From positions 3,095,387-3,159,386 of the forward strand of contig OY760687.1 in NCBI GenBank assembly GCA_963663945.1: DNA of 64,000 nucleotides. Direction: 5' to 3'. Positions within the stretch are counted from its first letter, which is position 1, and every line of letters begins with the position of its first letter. Of the stretch, positions 8,929 to 18,428 are shown one piece after another. The DNA comes from Dehalococcoidia bacterium. Its GTDB lineage: Bacteria > Chloroflexota > Dehalococcoidia > Lucifugimonadales > UBA3495. A program made the translations under genes and the position numbers. The notes below the pieces were generated by a model. It saw nothing but the letters and a program-made list of their open reading frames with translations, ran no database searches and had not been told where the DNA came from.

Positions 8929-9687
8929 ATGCCGTTCTACACCAGAGGCGATGTCACCATCCATTACGAGGAACAGGGTTCCGGTTTCCCCCTGCTGTGT
9001 ACGCCGGGCGGCGGCCTGAACTCGATCATGAGCGGCTGGCCCCGGCAGGTCATCAACGCGTTCGACGAGTTCAAGAACGACTTCCGTTGCATCACCATGG
9101 ACCAGCGCAACGCCCAGGGCGGCCAGTCCACCGGGCCGGTGCAGGTCGAGGACCCGTGGGGCGCGTTCGCCGACGACCAGCTTGGCCTGATGGACCACCT
9201 GGGTATCGACGAATTCCTCTTTATCGGCTTCTGCATCGGCGGCCCCTTCGCCATGACGCTGATCAAGAAGGCGCCCAATCGTGTTCGCGGTGCAGTCCTG
9301 TGCCAGCCGGTCGGCCACTCCGACGCGACGCCGGATGCCATGTACGACTCTGGGATCGACCCCTGGGGGCCGGCGCTGATCGCCGGCCGGCCGGACATCT
9401 CGATGGATACCATACGACAGTACTTACACAACCTGTACCGAGTGCAGCCGGACTTTTTCTACAGCGTGGACAAGGACTTCGCGCGCAACTGCCAGACCCC
9501 GCTGCTGGTCATGCCGGACGACACGCCGTCCCACTCGCTTCAGGCCGCCATGGACATGGTCGCTTTGGCTCCCAACGCCCAGACGACGGCCTGGCCCTGG
9601 AAGGAAGACCCTGACCTCAAGGCCACCACCATCGAGCAGGTGCGCGGGTTCCTCAAGGCCCATGCGGCGGTGGCTGCTGGCGTTTAG
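8929..9687 (+). CDS. Alpha/beta hydrolase with Cys nucleophile elbow (dienelactone-hydrolase-like)
   Basis: 252 aa. The nucleophile elbow reads G-F-C-I-G-G (compare DLH GYCLGG). AAGGAG RBS. Confidence 0.75.
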   Translation: MPFYTRGDVTIHYEEQGSGFPLLCTPGGGLNSIMSGWPRQVINAFDEFKNDFRCITMDQRNAQGGQSTGPVQVEDPWGAFADDQLGLMDHLGIDEFLFIGFCIGGPFAMTLIKKAPNRVRGAVLCQPVGHSDATPDAMYDSGIDPWGPALIAGRPDISMDTIRQYLHNLYRVQPDFFYSVDKDFARNCQTPLLVMPDDTPSHSLQAAMDMVALAPNAQTTAWPWKEDPDLKATTIEQVRGFLKAHAAVAAGV

Positions 9688-9719
9688 TTCCAGCATCCGC
9701 GGTATACCGAGCCCTTCAT

Positions 9720-9749
9720 CCGCCCCGGTGTTCTTGCCGGGGCGGTTTT
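9720..9749 (+). terminator. Intrinsic terminator
   Basis: ccgccccgg / ccggggcgg 9-bp stem followed by TTTTGTT. Confidence 0.8.
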
Positions 9750-9756
9750 GTTATCA

Positions 9757-10950
9757 CTAATCGCCGCCGCGCTCAGGCTGCGGAACACCCGGCTCCGGCC
9801 CAGCGAAACGACCGGCTGATTCGCCGAATTGCCTGCCGAAGAGTGGAGTCATCAGCGCGCATGCAACCGTTACGGCGAGGCACAGGTAACCGATCCCGGC
9901 GTAGCCAAGGCTCGCCAGCAGGACGCCGGCGATGGCTGCGCCCAGCGCGCCGCCGGACTGGTTGCTCAGCCCCATGAGGCTGGCCCCGGTGGACTTGGAT
10001 TCGCCCGAATATTCGGTGCTGGCTGCGACCATCGCGGGTATCGCCACGCTCAGAAACGCGGCGGCCACCGCGACCACAGCCACCGCGGTCCAGAGCCCCA
10101 AATGGACGGAAAAGAACAGAAACGCACAGACCCCGCCCACGATTGAGGTGCTGGCAATGAGAGCGGCACGGTATCTATTTTTGGCAACATATGCGGCAGA
10201 ATAACTTCCGACAATTTGACCGGCGGCGGTTATCACCAGGGGCACGGCCACCAGTCCCAGGGGCACATCGTAGGTGAGTATCAGATGAGCCGGGAAAAAG
10301 CTGAGCGTCGCCCAGAAAGCGATGCGCTGCGTGGTGCCTACCACTATCGCCACCCGGAAAAACCGCAACGAGAGCAGCGAAACATACCTGGAGACGAACG
10401 CAAACCCCCGAACCCGGTTCCGGCTGTCCTTAGGGAACCAGATCCAGTTGGCCAACAACCCCGACGCCAGCAACAGTGCGGTTGCCATGAACGGAAGACG
10501 CCAGCCGCCCAAGTCCGCCAGCACGGCCACCAATGGTACGGTGGTGGCCGACACCACTGCATTGAGGGCCAATATTGCGGTCACCGCCTGCGCCCGCCTG
10601 GCCGGGGAAATGACGTCGGACACGACCCCCACCGCGGTGGGCGGCAGCGTTCCCCCGGCCAGGCCCGTCAACACCCGAAGCGCCAACAGGGTTTCAATGT
10701 TGGGCGCAAATGCGGAAGCGAGTACGGACGCGAAGAGGATCGACAGGCCTACCAGAGCCACGGGCCGGCGGCCGAAGGAATCGGACAGGGGCCCGACACA
10801 GATCAGCGAAACGGCCCAGGCAGCGAACGTGGCCGTAGCCAACTGTCCCGCCACCGCCACCGATACCTCCAGATCCGTCGCGATTTCCACCAGCAGCGGC
10901 GGCACGATGAAAACCGCGCTCTGGGCGGCAAAAACGGCAAGCGACAGCAC
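9757..10950 (-). CDS. MFS transporter
   Basis: Multi-TM protein with the GPLSDSFGRRP loop signature. The track start is GTG. TM1 seems to begin upstream (KAWFFAV) where no canonical start exists, so the N-terminus is uncertain. Confidence 0.8.
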   Translation of the reverse strand: MLSLAVFAAQSAVFIVPPLLVEIATDLEVSVAVAGQLATATFAAWAVSLICVGPLSDSFGRRPVALVGLSILFASVLASAFAPNIETLLALRVLTGLAGGTLPPTAVGVVSDVISPARRAQAVTAILALNAVVSATTVPLVAVLADLGGWRLPFMATALLLASGLLANWIWFPKDSRNRVRGFAFVSRYVSLLSLRFFRVAIVVGTTQRIAFWATLSFFPAHLILTYDVPLGLVAVPLVITAAGQIVGSYSAAYVAKNRYRAALIASTSIVGGVCAFLFFSVHLGLWTAVAVVAVAAAFLSVAIPAMVAASTEYSGESKSTGASLMGLSNQSGGALGAAIAGVLLASLGYAGIGYLCLAVTVACALMTPLFGRQFGESAGRFAGPEPGVPQPERGGD

Positions 10951-11103
10951 GGCAAAAAACCAGGCCTTGTTTATCCCTTTTTCGCCGCCTCCGGCCGTTT
11001 GCGTCTCGATTTCGTTGATCTCCTCGGTTCGTCGGCGCGGGCCCGAACCAATTGCTGGCGCCCGAAGACTCGCAGCCCCAGCCGGGTCTTACGATCGGTT
11101 GAC

Positions 11104-11856
11104 CTACTGAGCCGTCCGCCCTCCGTCGATCACCACCTCGGAGCCGGTCACGAACGACGACTCGTCGCTGGCCAGATACAGCACGCCGTAGGCGATCTCT
11201 ATCGGCTGGCCCACGCGGCCCAACGGAACCCTCCCCACCTGGGCGGCAACCCGTTCCTCGTCATCCGGCGTCGTGCCCAGCATCGGCGTCTGCACGGGAC
11301 CTGGGTGCACCGAGTTGCACCTGATGCCCTCGCGCGCGTGCTGGATCGCGGTGGACTTGGTGAACAGTCGCACCGCGCCCTTGCTGGCCGCATAGGCTCC
11401 CGAGGTGCCCGGAGCCGGCGCGATGCCGGCGCCGGAGGAGATGTTGACGATGGAGCCGCCGCCAACATCGCGCATCGCCGGTATCACCTCGCGGGTGCCC
11501 AGGAACACTCCCTTCACGTTGATGTCCATGGTGCGCTCCCACTGTTCCGTGGTCATGTCTTCGATGCCGCCCCGGGTGGAGATTCCGGCGTTGTTGACCA
11601 GGATGTCCACCCTGCCGAAGCGCGACACCGCAGCCGCAACCGCGTTGCGCCAGTCCTCCTCGCTGGTGACGTCGAGGTGAACGAAGAGGCACTCGGCGCC
11701 GGTCTCGTTGATCTCGGCTTCGGTCTGGCGTCCCGCGTCGTCCAGCACGTCGCCGATGACCACCTGGGCGCCCTCCGCGGCGAACAGCCTGGCTTCCTGC
11801 GCGCCCATTCCCCGGGCTCCGCCGCTGATGATGGCAACCTTGTTTTCCAGCCGCAT
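11104..11856 (-). CDS. SDR-family oxidoreductase
   Basis: Motifs ISGGARGMG, NNAG and YAASK. ATG at 11856 with a GGAGG RBS is preferred over track start 11916. Confidence 0.9.
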   Translation of the reverse strand: MRLENKVAIISGGARGMGAQEARLFAAEGAQVVIGDVLDDAGRQTEAEINETGAECLFVHLDVTSEEDWRNAVAAAVSRFGRVDILVNNAGISTRGGIEDMTTEQWERTMDINVKGVFLGTREVIPAMRDVGGGSIVNISSGAGIAPAPGTSGAYAASKGAVRLFTKSTAIQHAREGIRCNSVHPGPVQTPMLGTTPDDEERVAAQVGRVPLGRVGQPIEIAYGVLYLASDESSFVTGSEVVIDGGRTAQ

Positions 11857-11980
11857 TGTTCCGCCTCCTGCTACTCGATGGTGCAAAGATTGTAGCGGCG
11901 CCGTGGGGCGGGTCAAGTTGAAGGGCCCCGTTCGCTATAATCTGCGCACTCTGCAATCGCATGACATCGGGGTGATCCAG

Positions 11981-12766
11981 ATGGAAATCAAGGACGGCGT
12001 ATTCATCGTGACGGGATCGGCCACTGGCCTGGGCGCGGCCGTCGCCCAGCGGCTGGCGGCCAAGGGCGGCAACGTGGTCATCAATTACACCAAGAGCGAC
12101 GCCGAGGCGCAGGCCGCCGCGGAGGAGTGCCGCAGCCTCGGCGGCGGGGCCATCCTGTGCCAGGCCGATGTGTCCTCAGACGACGACTGCCGGCGCATGG
12201 CGGCGACGGCGCTGGAACAATGGGGCCGGATAGACGGCCTGGTCAACAACGCCGCCACATCGGTGATCGTTCCGCACTACGACCTGGAGGGTCTGGCCTC
12301 AGAGGACTTTCGGCGCGTCCTCGACGTGAACGTCATCGGAGCGTTCCAGATGGCGCGGGCGGTCACTCCGGCCATGCAGGAGCAAGGTCGCGGCGCCATC
12401 GTCAACGTGTCTTCCGGGTCGGGCTTCAGCGGCTCCGGCAGTTCCATCGCCTACGCGACGTCCAAGGCGGCGCTCAACGTGATGACCTACTCCTTGGCCC
12501 GTGCCCTGGCGCCGGAGATCCGGGTCAACGCGGTCTGTCCCGGCGTGATGCAGACCCGCTGGTGGCGTGAGGGCCTGGGCGAGGAGAACTACCAGGGCTT
12601 CATCGACCGCTACGCCGCATCCGCCCCGCTGGGCTCGGCCGGCACGCCAGAAACCGTTTCGGAACCGGTGGTCTGGCTCATCGAAGGCGCGGAGCACGTT
12701 ACCGGGGAGACCATCCTGGTGGACGCGGGCAGCCACCTGGGTTCCGCGCCGGCGCGTCCACGTTGA
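11981..12766 (+). CDS. SDR-family oxidoreductase
   Basis: Motifs VTGSATGLG, NNAA and YATSK. ATG 11981 is an internal Met of track ORF 11708..12766. Confidence 0.9.
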   Translation: MEIKDGVFIVTGSATGLGAAVAQRLAAKGGNVVINYTKSDAEAQAAAEECRSLGGGAILCQADVSSDDDCRRMAATALEQWGRIDGLVNNAATSVIVPHYDLEGLASEDFRRVLDVNVIGAFQMARAVTPAMQEQGRGAIVNVSSGSGFSGSGSSIAYATSKAALNVMTYSLARALAPEIRVNAVCPGVMQTRWWREGLGEENYQGFIDRYAASAPLGSAGTPETVSEPVVWLIEGAEHVTGETILVDAGSHLGSAPARPR

Positions 12767-12842
12767 TGCTCACATCTGGACACCATCCTCACGGGTCTCG
12801 ATCTGCTGGACGGCACGGTCGGTCCTTCCGCAAATAATTCCC

Positions 12843-12872
12843 TTGACACAGTATTGACGGCAGTAGCATACT
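12843..12872 (+). promoter_or_regulatory. Candidate promoter TTGACA-18-CATACT (or 15-TAGCAT)
   Basis: TTGACA at 12843-12848. The -10 assignment is ambiguous. Confidence 0.4.
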
Positions 12873-12894
12873 GCGGCGCTTAAGGGAGAGGATT

Positions 12895-14427
12895 ATGGCC
12901 ATAGTTAACCTCCGCCCCGATCAGTTCACGCTGATCGGCTATCGCGTCCACTACGCTTGGGCGATAGTCGCCATCACCGCGATGATGCGGCTGGTGTCAT
13001 CGTCGTTCCGGATGTCGTTCCCGGCTATCGTTCCGATCATTTCCGAAGTGTTCGGCTGGAGCGAAGGGGTCATCCTGCTGGCATTCTCTTTGCAGTGGGT
13101 GGTGTCCGGCGTTTTCGGTCCTCCGTCCGGCTGGTTGGGCGATCGTTACGGCGCGCGGTTCACCATGACCCTGGGAGCGTCCCTGTACATCGCCGGGATG
13201 ATCCTCACCGGCTTCATGACGGAGATCTGGCAACTCTACCTGTTCTTCGGTGTGATGCTCAGCGCGTCCATGGGCATCTTCCAGGTCCCGCTGACCGTGT
13301 CGGTTACGTCCTGGTTCCGCCGCCATCTCGGCCTGGGCATGGGCATTTTGCAATCGTCACAGGGATTTGGCCCGGTGATAGCGCCGCCCATCATGCTGGG
13401 ACTGGTGGTGTTCTTCTCCGTGGGGCCCGGACAGCATTGGACCGGTCTGTTCCCGTGGCTGGAACCAGACACCATCGGCATCAGGATGGCCTTCTGGATC
13501 CCCGGGATCCTGGGCGGAATAATCCTCCTGCTCCTGACCCGTATTTTCTACAACTCCCCTGAAGACGCGGGAGTGCGCCAGCTTGGAGCCGATGCTTCCG
13601 AAACTCCCCGGCGTGCGCCCACCACCGGGGCCGGCGCGAAGGAACGCGCGCGCGTGTTCCTCCAGCAGGTGCGCAAGACACCGGCTTTCTGGAACCTGGT
13701 CGGTATCCACTACTGGGGCTGCGCCGGACACAGCATCGTGATCGTCTTCCTGCCCATCATGGTGGTGGAAGCCCTGCGACCCGCCGGCGGCTACCAGGGC
13801 ATCCAGGACCCGGCGCTCCTCGGCGCAACGGCCATCGGAGCCGGCGCGGCGGCAACCATGAGCCTGGTCAGCACCGTCACCCGGTTCGGTGTGCCGATCG
13901 CCGCCGACCTCTTCGGCAGCAAGTGGGTGATGGCAATCTGCTTTGCGTTGCAGGTCTTGCCGGTGCTCATCCTGCTGTTCGCCAACGACGCCTGGATGTT
14001 CTACCTGTTCGCCATCCTGTTCGGCATCGGATTTGGCGGCGAGATGTCCGCGTTCCCGATCATCAATCGCCAGTACTACGGCAACGCGCCCATCGGCAGC
14101 GCCTACGGGTTCCAGATGATGGGAGCCGGCGCCGGCATGGCGTCGGGCGCCGGACTCGGCAGCCTGTTGCTCATCGGCGTGCGGGACCTGGGCTTCCCCA
14201 CCATCCTGGACAACCCCTATTGCTGGACGATCCTGCTGTCGTTCATCATGAGCCTGGGCGGCGTGGTCGCCATCCTGTTCCTGCCCAATACCCACCATCA
14301 CCAGGTGCCCGACTGGGAGGACGAACTGCCGCCGGAGTATCGCACCGGCGCGGAGCCCGCAGCCCCTGCGGCCCCGTCCCCTGCCGGCAGCGCTCCGGCT
14401 CCAGCAACGTCCGGCAACGGCGACTGA
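12895..14427 (+). CDS. MFS transporter (oxalate/formate antiporter-like) with low-complexity A/P-rich tail
   Basis: 510 aa, about 12 TM helices, GWLGDRYGAR motif. GGGAGAGG RBS. Confidence 0.85.
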   Translation: MAIVNLRPDQFTLIGYRVHYAWAIVAITAMMRLVSSSFRMSFPAIVPIISEVFGWSEGVILLAFSLQWVVSGVFGPPSGWLGDRYGARFTMTLGASLYIAGMILTGFMTEIWQLYLFFGVMLSASMGIFQVPLTVSVTSWFRRHLGLGMGILQSSQGFGPVIAPPIMLGLVVFFSVGPGQHWTGLFPWLEPDTIGIRMAFWIPGILGGIILLLLTRIFYNSPEDAGVRQLGADASETPRRAPTTGAGAKERARVFLQQVRKTPAFWNLVGIHYWGCAGHSIVIVFLPIMVVEALRPAGGYQGIQDPALLGATAIGAGAAATMSLVSTVTRFGVPIAADLFGSKWVMAICFALQVLPVLILLFANDAWMFYLFAILFGIGFGGEMSAFPIINRQYYGNAPIGSAYGFQMMGAGAGMASGAGLGSLLLIGVRDLGFPTILDNPYCWTILLSFIMSLGGVVAILFLPNTHHHQVPDWEDELPPEYRTGAEPAAPAAPSPAGSAPAPATSGNGD

Positions 14428-14458
14428 CGCAGCATCCATTTTCAATCGCGCGACCTGG

Positions 14459-14484
14459 CCGGGGCGGTGCAAACACCGCCCCGG
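14459..14484 (+). terminator. Terminator-like hairpin (11-bp stem, no clear U-tract)
   Basis: ccggggcggtg-caaa-caccgccccgg. Confidence 0.5.
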
Positions 14485-14527
14485 TACTCGTTAATTCGGC
14501 TGTGCTATCATCCGGATTGAGGCCGTT

Positions 14528-15346
14528 ATGACGTTCCCGACCGGAACCGCAAACCAAACCGCGAACCCACCAACTGCCGGAGCCGAGACACTGCAGCGCA
14601 TCGCCAGCGCAGCCGGCTGCGCTGTAGACGCCCGCTGCGTCATCCTGTTCGGTTCCCGAGCCAGGGGAGACCATCGCCACAACAGCGACCTTGACCTGGC
14701 AATCGTCGCCGCCGAGGCCGAACTAGATGCCCAACAGCGACACGACCTGCGTGAGCGGGCCCGCGCCGCCGCCCTCTCCGCTGCCGTCGAACTGACCAAG
14801 CATGTCGACGTAATCGTCTGGACCGACGCCGAATACCGCGCTAAAAAACGGTCCATCAACCACGTTGCCGGCCGCGCCTGGCGAGAGGGACTGATACTTT
14901 ATGGCGTTCACGAGGCCCTCCCGGGGGAGGAAATAGTGTCGGAACTGGATAACGCACGCGAGTTGATGCGCATGGCCCGGGGGCAGATTCGCGCCGTGTC
15001 CGCCATGGCCTTTGACGACGAGACTTTCATCGAAAACATTTTCGGTTTCCACGCCCAGCGCGGCGCCGAACTGGCATTCAAGGCGTGGATCACATTGCTG
15101 GGACAACGCTATGAGCGGACGCACAACGCCGCGGACTTGCTGGCTATTCTGGAGAGCAATGGGGTCAGCGAAGCGCAGCCGTTCTCGCACTTGGCCACCC
15201 TGACACCCTACGCCGTCAAGTATGTCTACGAGGAAATCGAGAACCCGACGATGGACCGCCACTTCATCGTCAGCGAGGTCAACGCGTTGGCCCACCTGGT
15301 GGAAGCGTTGCTGCCTCAAGCCGAAACGGCGGACGACATCAGGTAG
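14528..15346 (+). CDS. Nucleotidyltransferase (MNT-type) fused to a HEPN domain
   Basis: N-terminus has LFGSRARGDHRHNSDLDL (GS-x-RG...D-x-D). C-terminus has RYERTHNAADLL (R-x4-H HEPN motif). Confidence 0.75.
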   Translation: MTFPTGTANQTANPPTAGAETLQRIASAAGCAVDARCVILFGSRARGDHRHNSDLDLAIVAAEAELDAQQRHDLRERARAAALSAAVELTKHVDVIVWTDAEYRAKKRSINHVAGRAWREGLILYGVHEALPGEEIVSELDNARELMRMARGQIRAVSAMAFDDETFIENIFGFHAQRGAELAFKAWITLLGQRYERTHNAADLLAILESNGVSEAQPFSHLATLTPYAVKYVYEEIENPTMDRHFIVSEVNALAHLVEALLPQAETADDIR

Positions 15347-15457
15347 CAGCGGGATAGCAAACCTCGCTGTACAGCGTTATCATGTCGCCAAATAAACTGC
15401 ATCCGCAACCCTTGACCCGCAACACATCAAGGTAATCGACGACAAGGAGGCATCACC

Positions 15458-16447
15458 ATGGCAGATGGAATCACTATTCTGGTAGGCACCGCCGGGCAGG
15501 GCGTCATGCGCAGCATCGACAGCGGCGAGTCCTGGCGACGCGTGGGCATCACCCAGGGCATCCATTCGGACGCCGTGGTGCGCTGCCTGACCCCCGTTCC
15601 CGGAACCACGTCCAGCGTGCTGGCCGGATGCGACAAGGGCATCATCCGCAGCGACGACAACGGCGACACCTGGCACGCGGTCAGCACGGCCATGGACGGC
15701 ACCGCCGTCTGGGCCATCGCCTTCGATCCATCCAACCCGCAGGTCGGGTTCGCCGGCACCGGCACACCGGACCCGTGCCAGATCTACCGCACCACGGATG
15801 GAGGCGCCTCCTGGGAACACCGTCCCTGCGAGGTGGCCGCCGAGTGCCCCGCCGTTGGCGTGCCGCGCGTCACCGGAATCGCCATCGACCCGACCAACGG
15901 CAACAGCATCTGGGTGGGCATCGAGGTGGACGGCCTGCGCCACAGCTCCGACGGCGGCGACACCTGGGAGACCGTGCCGCACCAGGAAATCCCCAACATG
16001 GACATCCACAACGTCACCGTGACGGCCGGCCCGCCCCACCGCGTGGTGGTCATGGTCAACGACGACGTGTTCCTGAGCGACGATGACGGCGGCTCGTGGC
16101 GGAACCTCGACGTGCGGCAGAACTTCCCCCTGGGATACCCGCGCGGCATCAAGGTGAAGGCCGACGACCCTCAGACCATCTTCACCACCTTCGGCGACAC
16201 CACACCCGGCTCCACCGGCGTGGTGATGCGCTCCACGGACGCGGGAGCGACGTGGAACAGCCTGCCCCTGCCCGTGGAGCCCAACACGGCAATGTGGGTG
16301 GTGAACTCCCAGCCGCAGAACCCCGACTTCCTGCTTGCCGGAAGCCGCTACGGCTACCTGTACCAGTCGGGTGACGCCGGCGCGTCGTGGAGCAAGTTCA
16401 ACCGCGAGTTCAGCGAGATCTCCTCGGTGGCGTGGTTCCCGAACTAA
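15458..16447 (+). CDS. BNR/Ycf48-like beta-propeller protein
   Basis: Repeated S-x-D-x-G-x-(T/S)-W motifs (SIDSGESW, SDDNGDTW, TTDGGASW, SSDGGDTW, SDDDGGSW, STDAGATW, SGDAGASW). Confidence 0.8.
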   Translation: MADGITILVGTAGQGVMRSIDSGESWRRVGITQGIHSDAVVRCLTPVPGTTSSVLAGCDKGIIRSDDNGDTWHAVSTAMDGTAVWAIAFDPSNPQVGFAGTGTPDPCQIYRTTDGGASWEHRPCEVAAECPAVGVPRVTGIAIDPTNGNSIWVGIEVDGLRHSSDGGDTWETVPHQEIPNMDIHNVTVTAGPPHRVVVMVNDDVFLSDDDGGSWRNLDVRQNFPLGYPRGIKVKADDPQTIFTTFGDTTPGSTGVVMRSTDAGATWNSLPLPVEPNTAMWVVNSQPQNPDFLLAGSRYGYLYQSGDAGASWSKFNREFSEISSVAWFPN

Positions 16448-16473
16448 ACGGCGCCAAATTTCTGACGGTTTGC

Positions 16474-16506
16474 GCGGGTCCGCATTCGATGCGGGCCCGC
16501 ATTTTT
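16474..16506 (+). terminator. Intrinsic terminator
   Basis: 12-bp stem gcgggtccgcat / atgcgggcccgc (one G-U pair) followed by ATTTTT. Confidence 0.8.
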
Positions 16507-16618
16507 GCGCCAGCGCTGCCACGGAACTTAACGCCGCAACGGCATGGGAAATTTCACCGCCGTGATACACTTACCATGCCTGTGCACCAACCCTGAAAAC
16601 GCGTGGAGGCGAACCACC

Positions 16619-17479
16619 ATGCCCATGGACGTAGCGACGAAAATTGCCCTGATCAAGCGGCTGGCCGGTGACATCCACGGCCGCCTTTCGGCGAGTTCCG
16701 CGGACGACCTCAACGCCCAGTCCGCATGTTCCGAGTGGGACGTGGGAACCGTCGCCGCTCACCTCGCCGGCGGCGCCGTTCGCCAGCAGGAAGCCATGCG
16801 CCGGGGGCTGGCCGGCGAGGGTGGCCCACCGGAAGGCGAGACCCGCCTGGCAACGCCGGACCAAGTTCAGGCTGCCAACGCCACGAGCAACGTGCAGATC
16901 CGCCACGATTGGGGCGACGACCTCCTCGATGTTTTCCAGCAGAACTACGAAGACCTTGACGTGCTGCTTCAGGGTTGGAGCGACTGGACCATTGGCTGCT
17001 GGCACCGTCGGCGCGGCACCATGTCCGCTGAGAGTTATGTCGACCTCCGGATCCAGGAACTGGTGATCCACGACTGGGACATGCGCGCCGGCAACACCGG
17101 TGTGGGTAACCTGGACTCCGACGGCATCGTGGCCCTGCTCCCCGCGTCGGAAATGTGGTACCAGCTCTGCTTCCGGCCCACCGCTTCGCTGACCACGCAG
17201 GCCGTCTACCGGTTCGAAATCGGTGGCGGAGGGGAAGGCGCGACCCTGCAGCACGATGTCGTCGTGACTGGTGAAAGCTACACCGTATCCGAGTGTTCGC
17301 CGCAGAACCAGCCGGAGCTGACCATCCGCGCCGACGCCAACACCTACCTGCTCTGCCTCTACAACCGGGTGGACTGGAACACGGCCAAGCGCGCGGGCCG
17401 GGTGCGCGTCTCCCAAACCGCAGACACCATTGCCCACGTATCGTTAAGAAACCTCGGCCGTTGGTTCGGCGGGTTGTAG
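16619..17479 (+). CDS. DinB-superfamily / maleylpyruvate-isomerase N-terminal-domain (mycothiol-type) protein
   Basis: Motifs WDVGTVAAHLAG and RIQELVIHDWD. ATG 16619 with a GGAGG RBS. Confidence 0.7.
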   Translation: MPMDVATKIALIKRLAGDIHGRLSASSADDLNAQSACSEWDVGTVAAHLAGGAVRQQEAMRRGLAGEGGPPEGETRLATPDQVQAANATSNVQIRHDWGDDLLDVFQQNYEDLDVLLQGWSDWTIGCWHRRRGTMSAESYVDLRIQELVIHDWDMRAGNTGVGNLDSDGIVALLPASEMWYQLCFRPTASLTTQAVYRFEIGGGGEGATLQHDVVVTGESYTVSECSPQNQPELTIRADANTYLLCLYNRVDWNTAKRAGRVRVSQTADTIAHVSLRNLGRWFGGL

Positions 17480-17531
17480 ACAAACCATCCATCAAACGAA
17501 CCCGATAGGGTAATTGCAGGTGCGGGACACG

Positions 17532-18383
17532 ATGACTTCCTATGACGAAACGGTAATCCAACAGGAGGTTGCGGTAATCGGGACGCTGGCCCGAGGTCTG
17601 AACGGATTCCTGAAAGGTTTGTCGCCAACTGACCTGCGTCGGCATTCGGCGTGCGACGCCTGGACCGTGCGTGATGTGGCCGGCCACCTGACCAACCGGG
17701 CGGAAAGGCAGATCGCGAGCATGACCCGTGGGCGTCAGGGCGATTCCGCGCCGCCTCCCGACTTCAGCGCACCCACCGACAACATGGCCATGTCCGCCGC
17801 CAACGCCGACGCCGACATCGCCTACTCCATTTCACTGAGCGACGATCTGGTACCCACCTTCGAGCGGAACTACCGGGAACTGCACCTGCTGTTGAGCAGT
17901 TTCTCCGGCGGCGACTGGCGCTGCGACTGCTGGCACCCCCGTCGCGGCACGATGACGGCGCGCGAATACGTCAGCCAGCGCATCCAGGAACTGGCGGTGC
18001 ACGACTGGGACATCCGCAGCGCGTTTGATCCACAGGCCGCCCTGCACCCGGACGCGATCCCGGTGCTGCTGGGCATGTCCGCACGCTGGCTCCGGTCGGC
18101 CTATAACCCGGGCGACGACCCGCCGACCAGCGATATCCGCTACCTGTTTGCGCTATCGGACGCCGACCCGATCGACGTGCTGGTGCAACCCGAAGGCGTG
18201 CAGATCGGCGCGGGCATCCATCCCGATCCGGACGACATTGACATGCTGGTCGCCTGCAACGCCAACACGTACCTGTTGCTCGCCTACGGGCGCATCGACG
18301 TGGATACGGCGGCCAACAGCCTGGTCGCTATTGGCGCGGAAGGGCTGCTGGAGCGCTTCGCCCAGTGGATGGTGGGGTTCTAA
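17532..18383 (+). CDS. Paralogue of 16619..17479 (DinB/MDMPI-like)
   Basis: Shares WTVRDVAGHL, CWH(P/R)RRGTM and RIQELAVHDWD with its neighbour. Confidence 0.7.
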   Translation: MTSYDETVIQQEVAVIGTLARGLNGFLKGLSPTDLRRHSACDAWTVRDVAGHLTNRAERQIASMTRGRQGDSAPPPDFSAPTDNMAMSAANADADIAYSISLSDDLVPTFERNYRELHLLLSSFSGGDWRCDCWHPRRGTMTAREYVSQRIQELAVHDWDIRSAFDPQAALHPDAIPVLLGMSARWLRSAYNPGDDPPTSDIRYLFALSDADPIDVLVQPEGVQIGAGIHPDPDDIDMLVACNANTYLLLAYGRIDVDTAANSLVAIGAEGLLERFAQWMVGF

Positions 18384-18428
18384 CGGCGCGTCACCGCCGC
18401 AACATCCAGGGCGACGAGTCCGGGTGTC

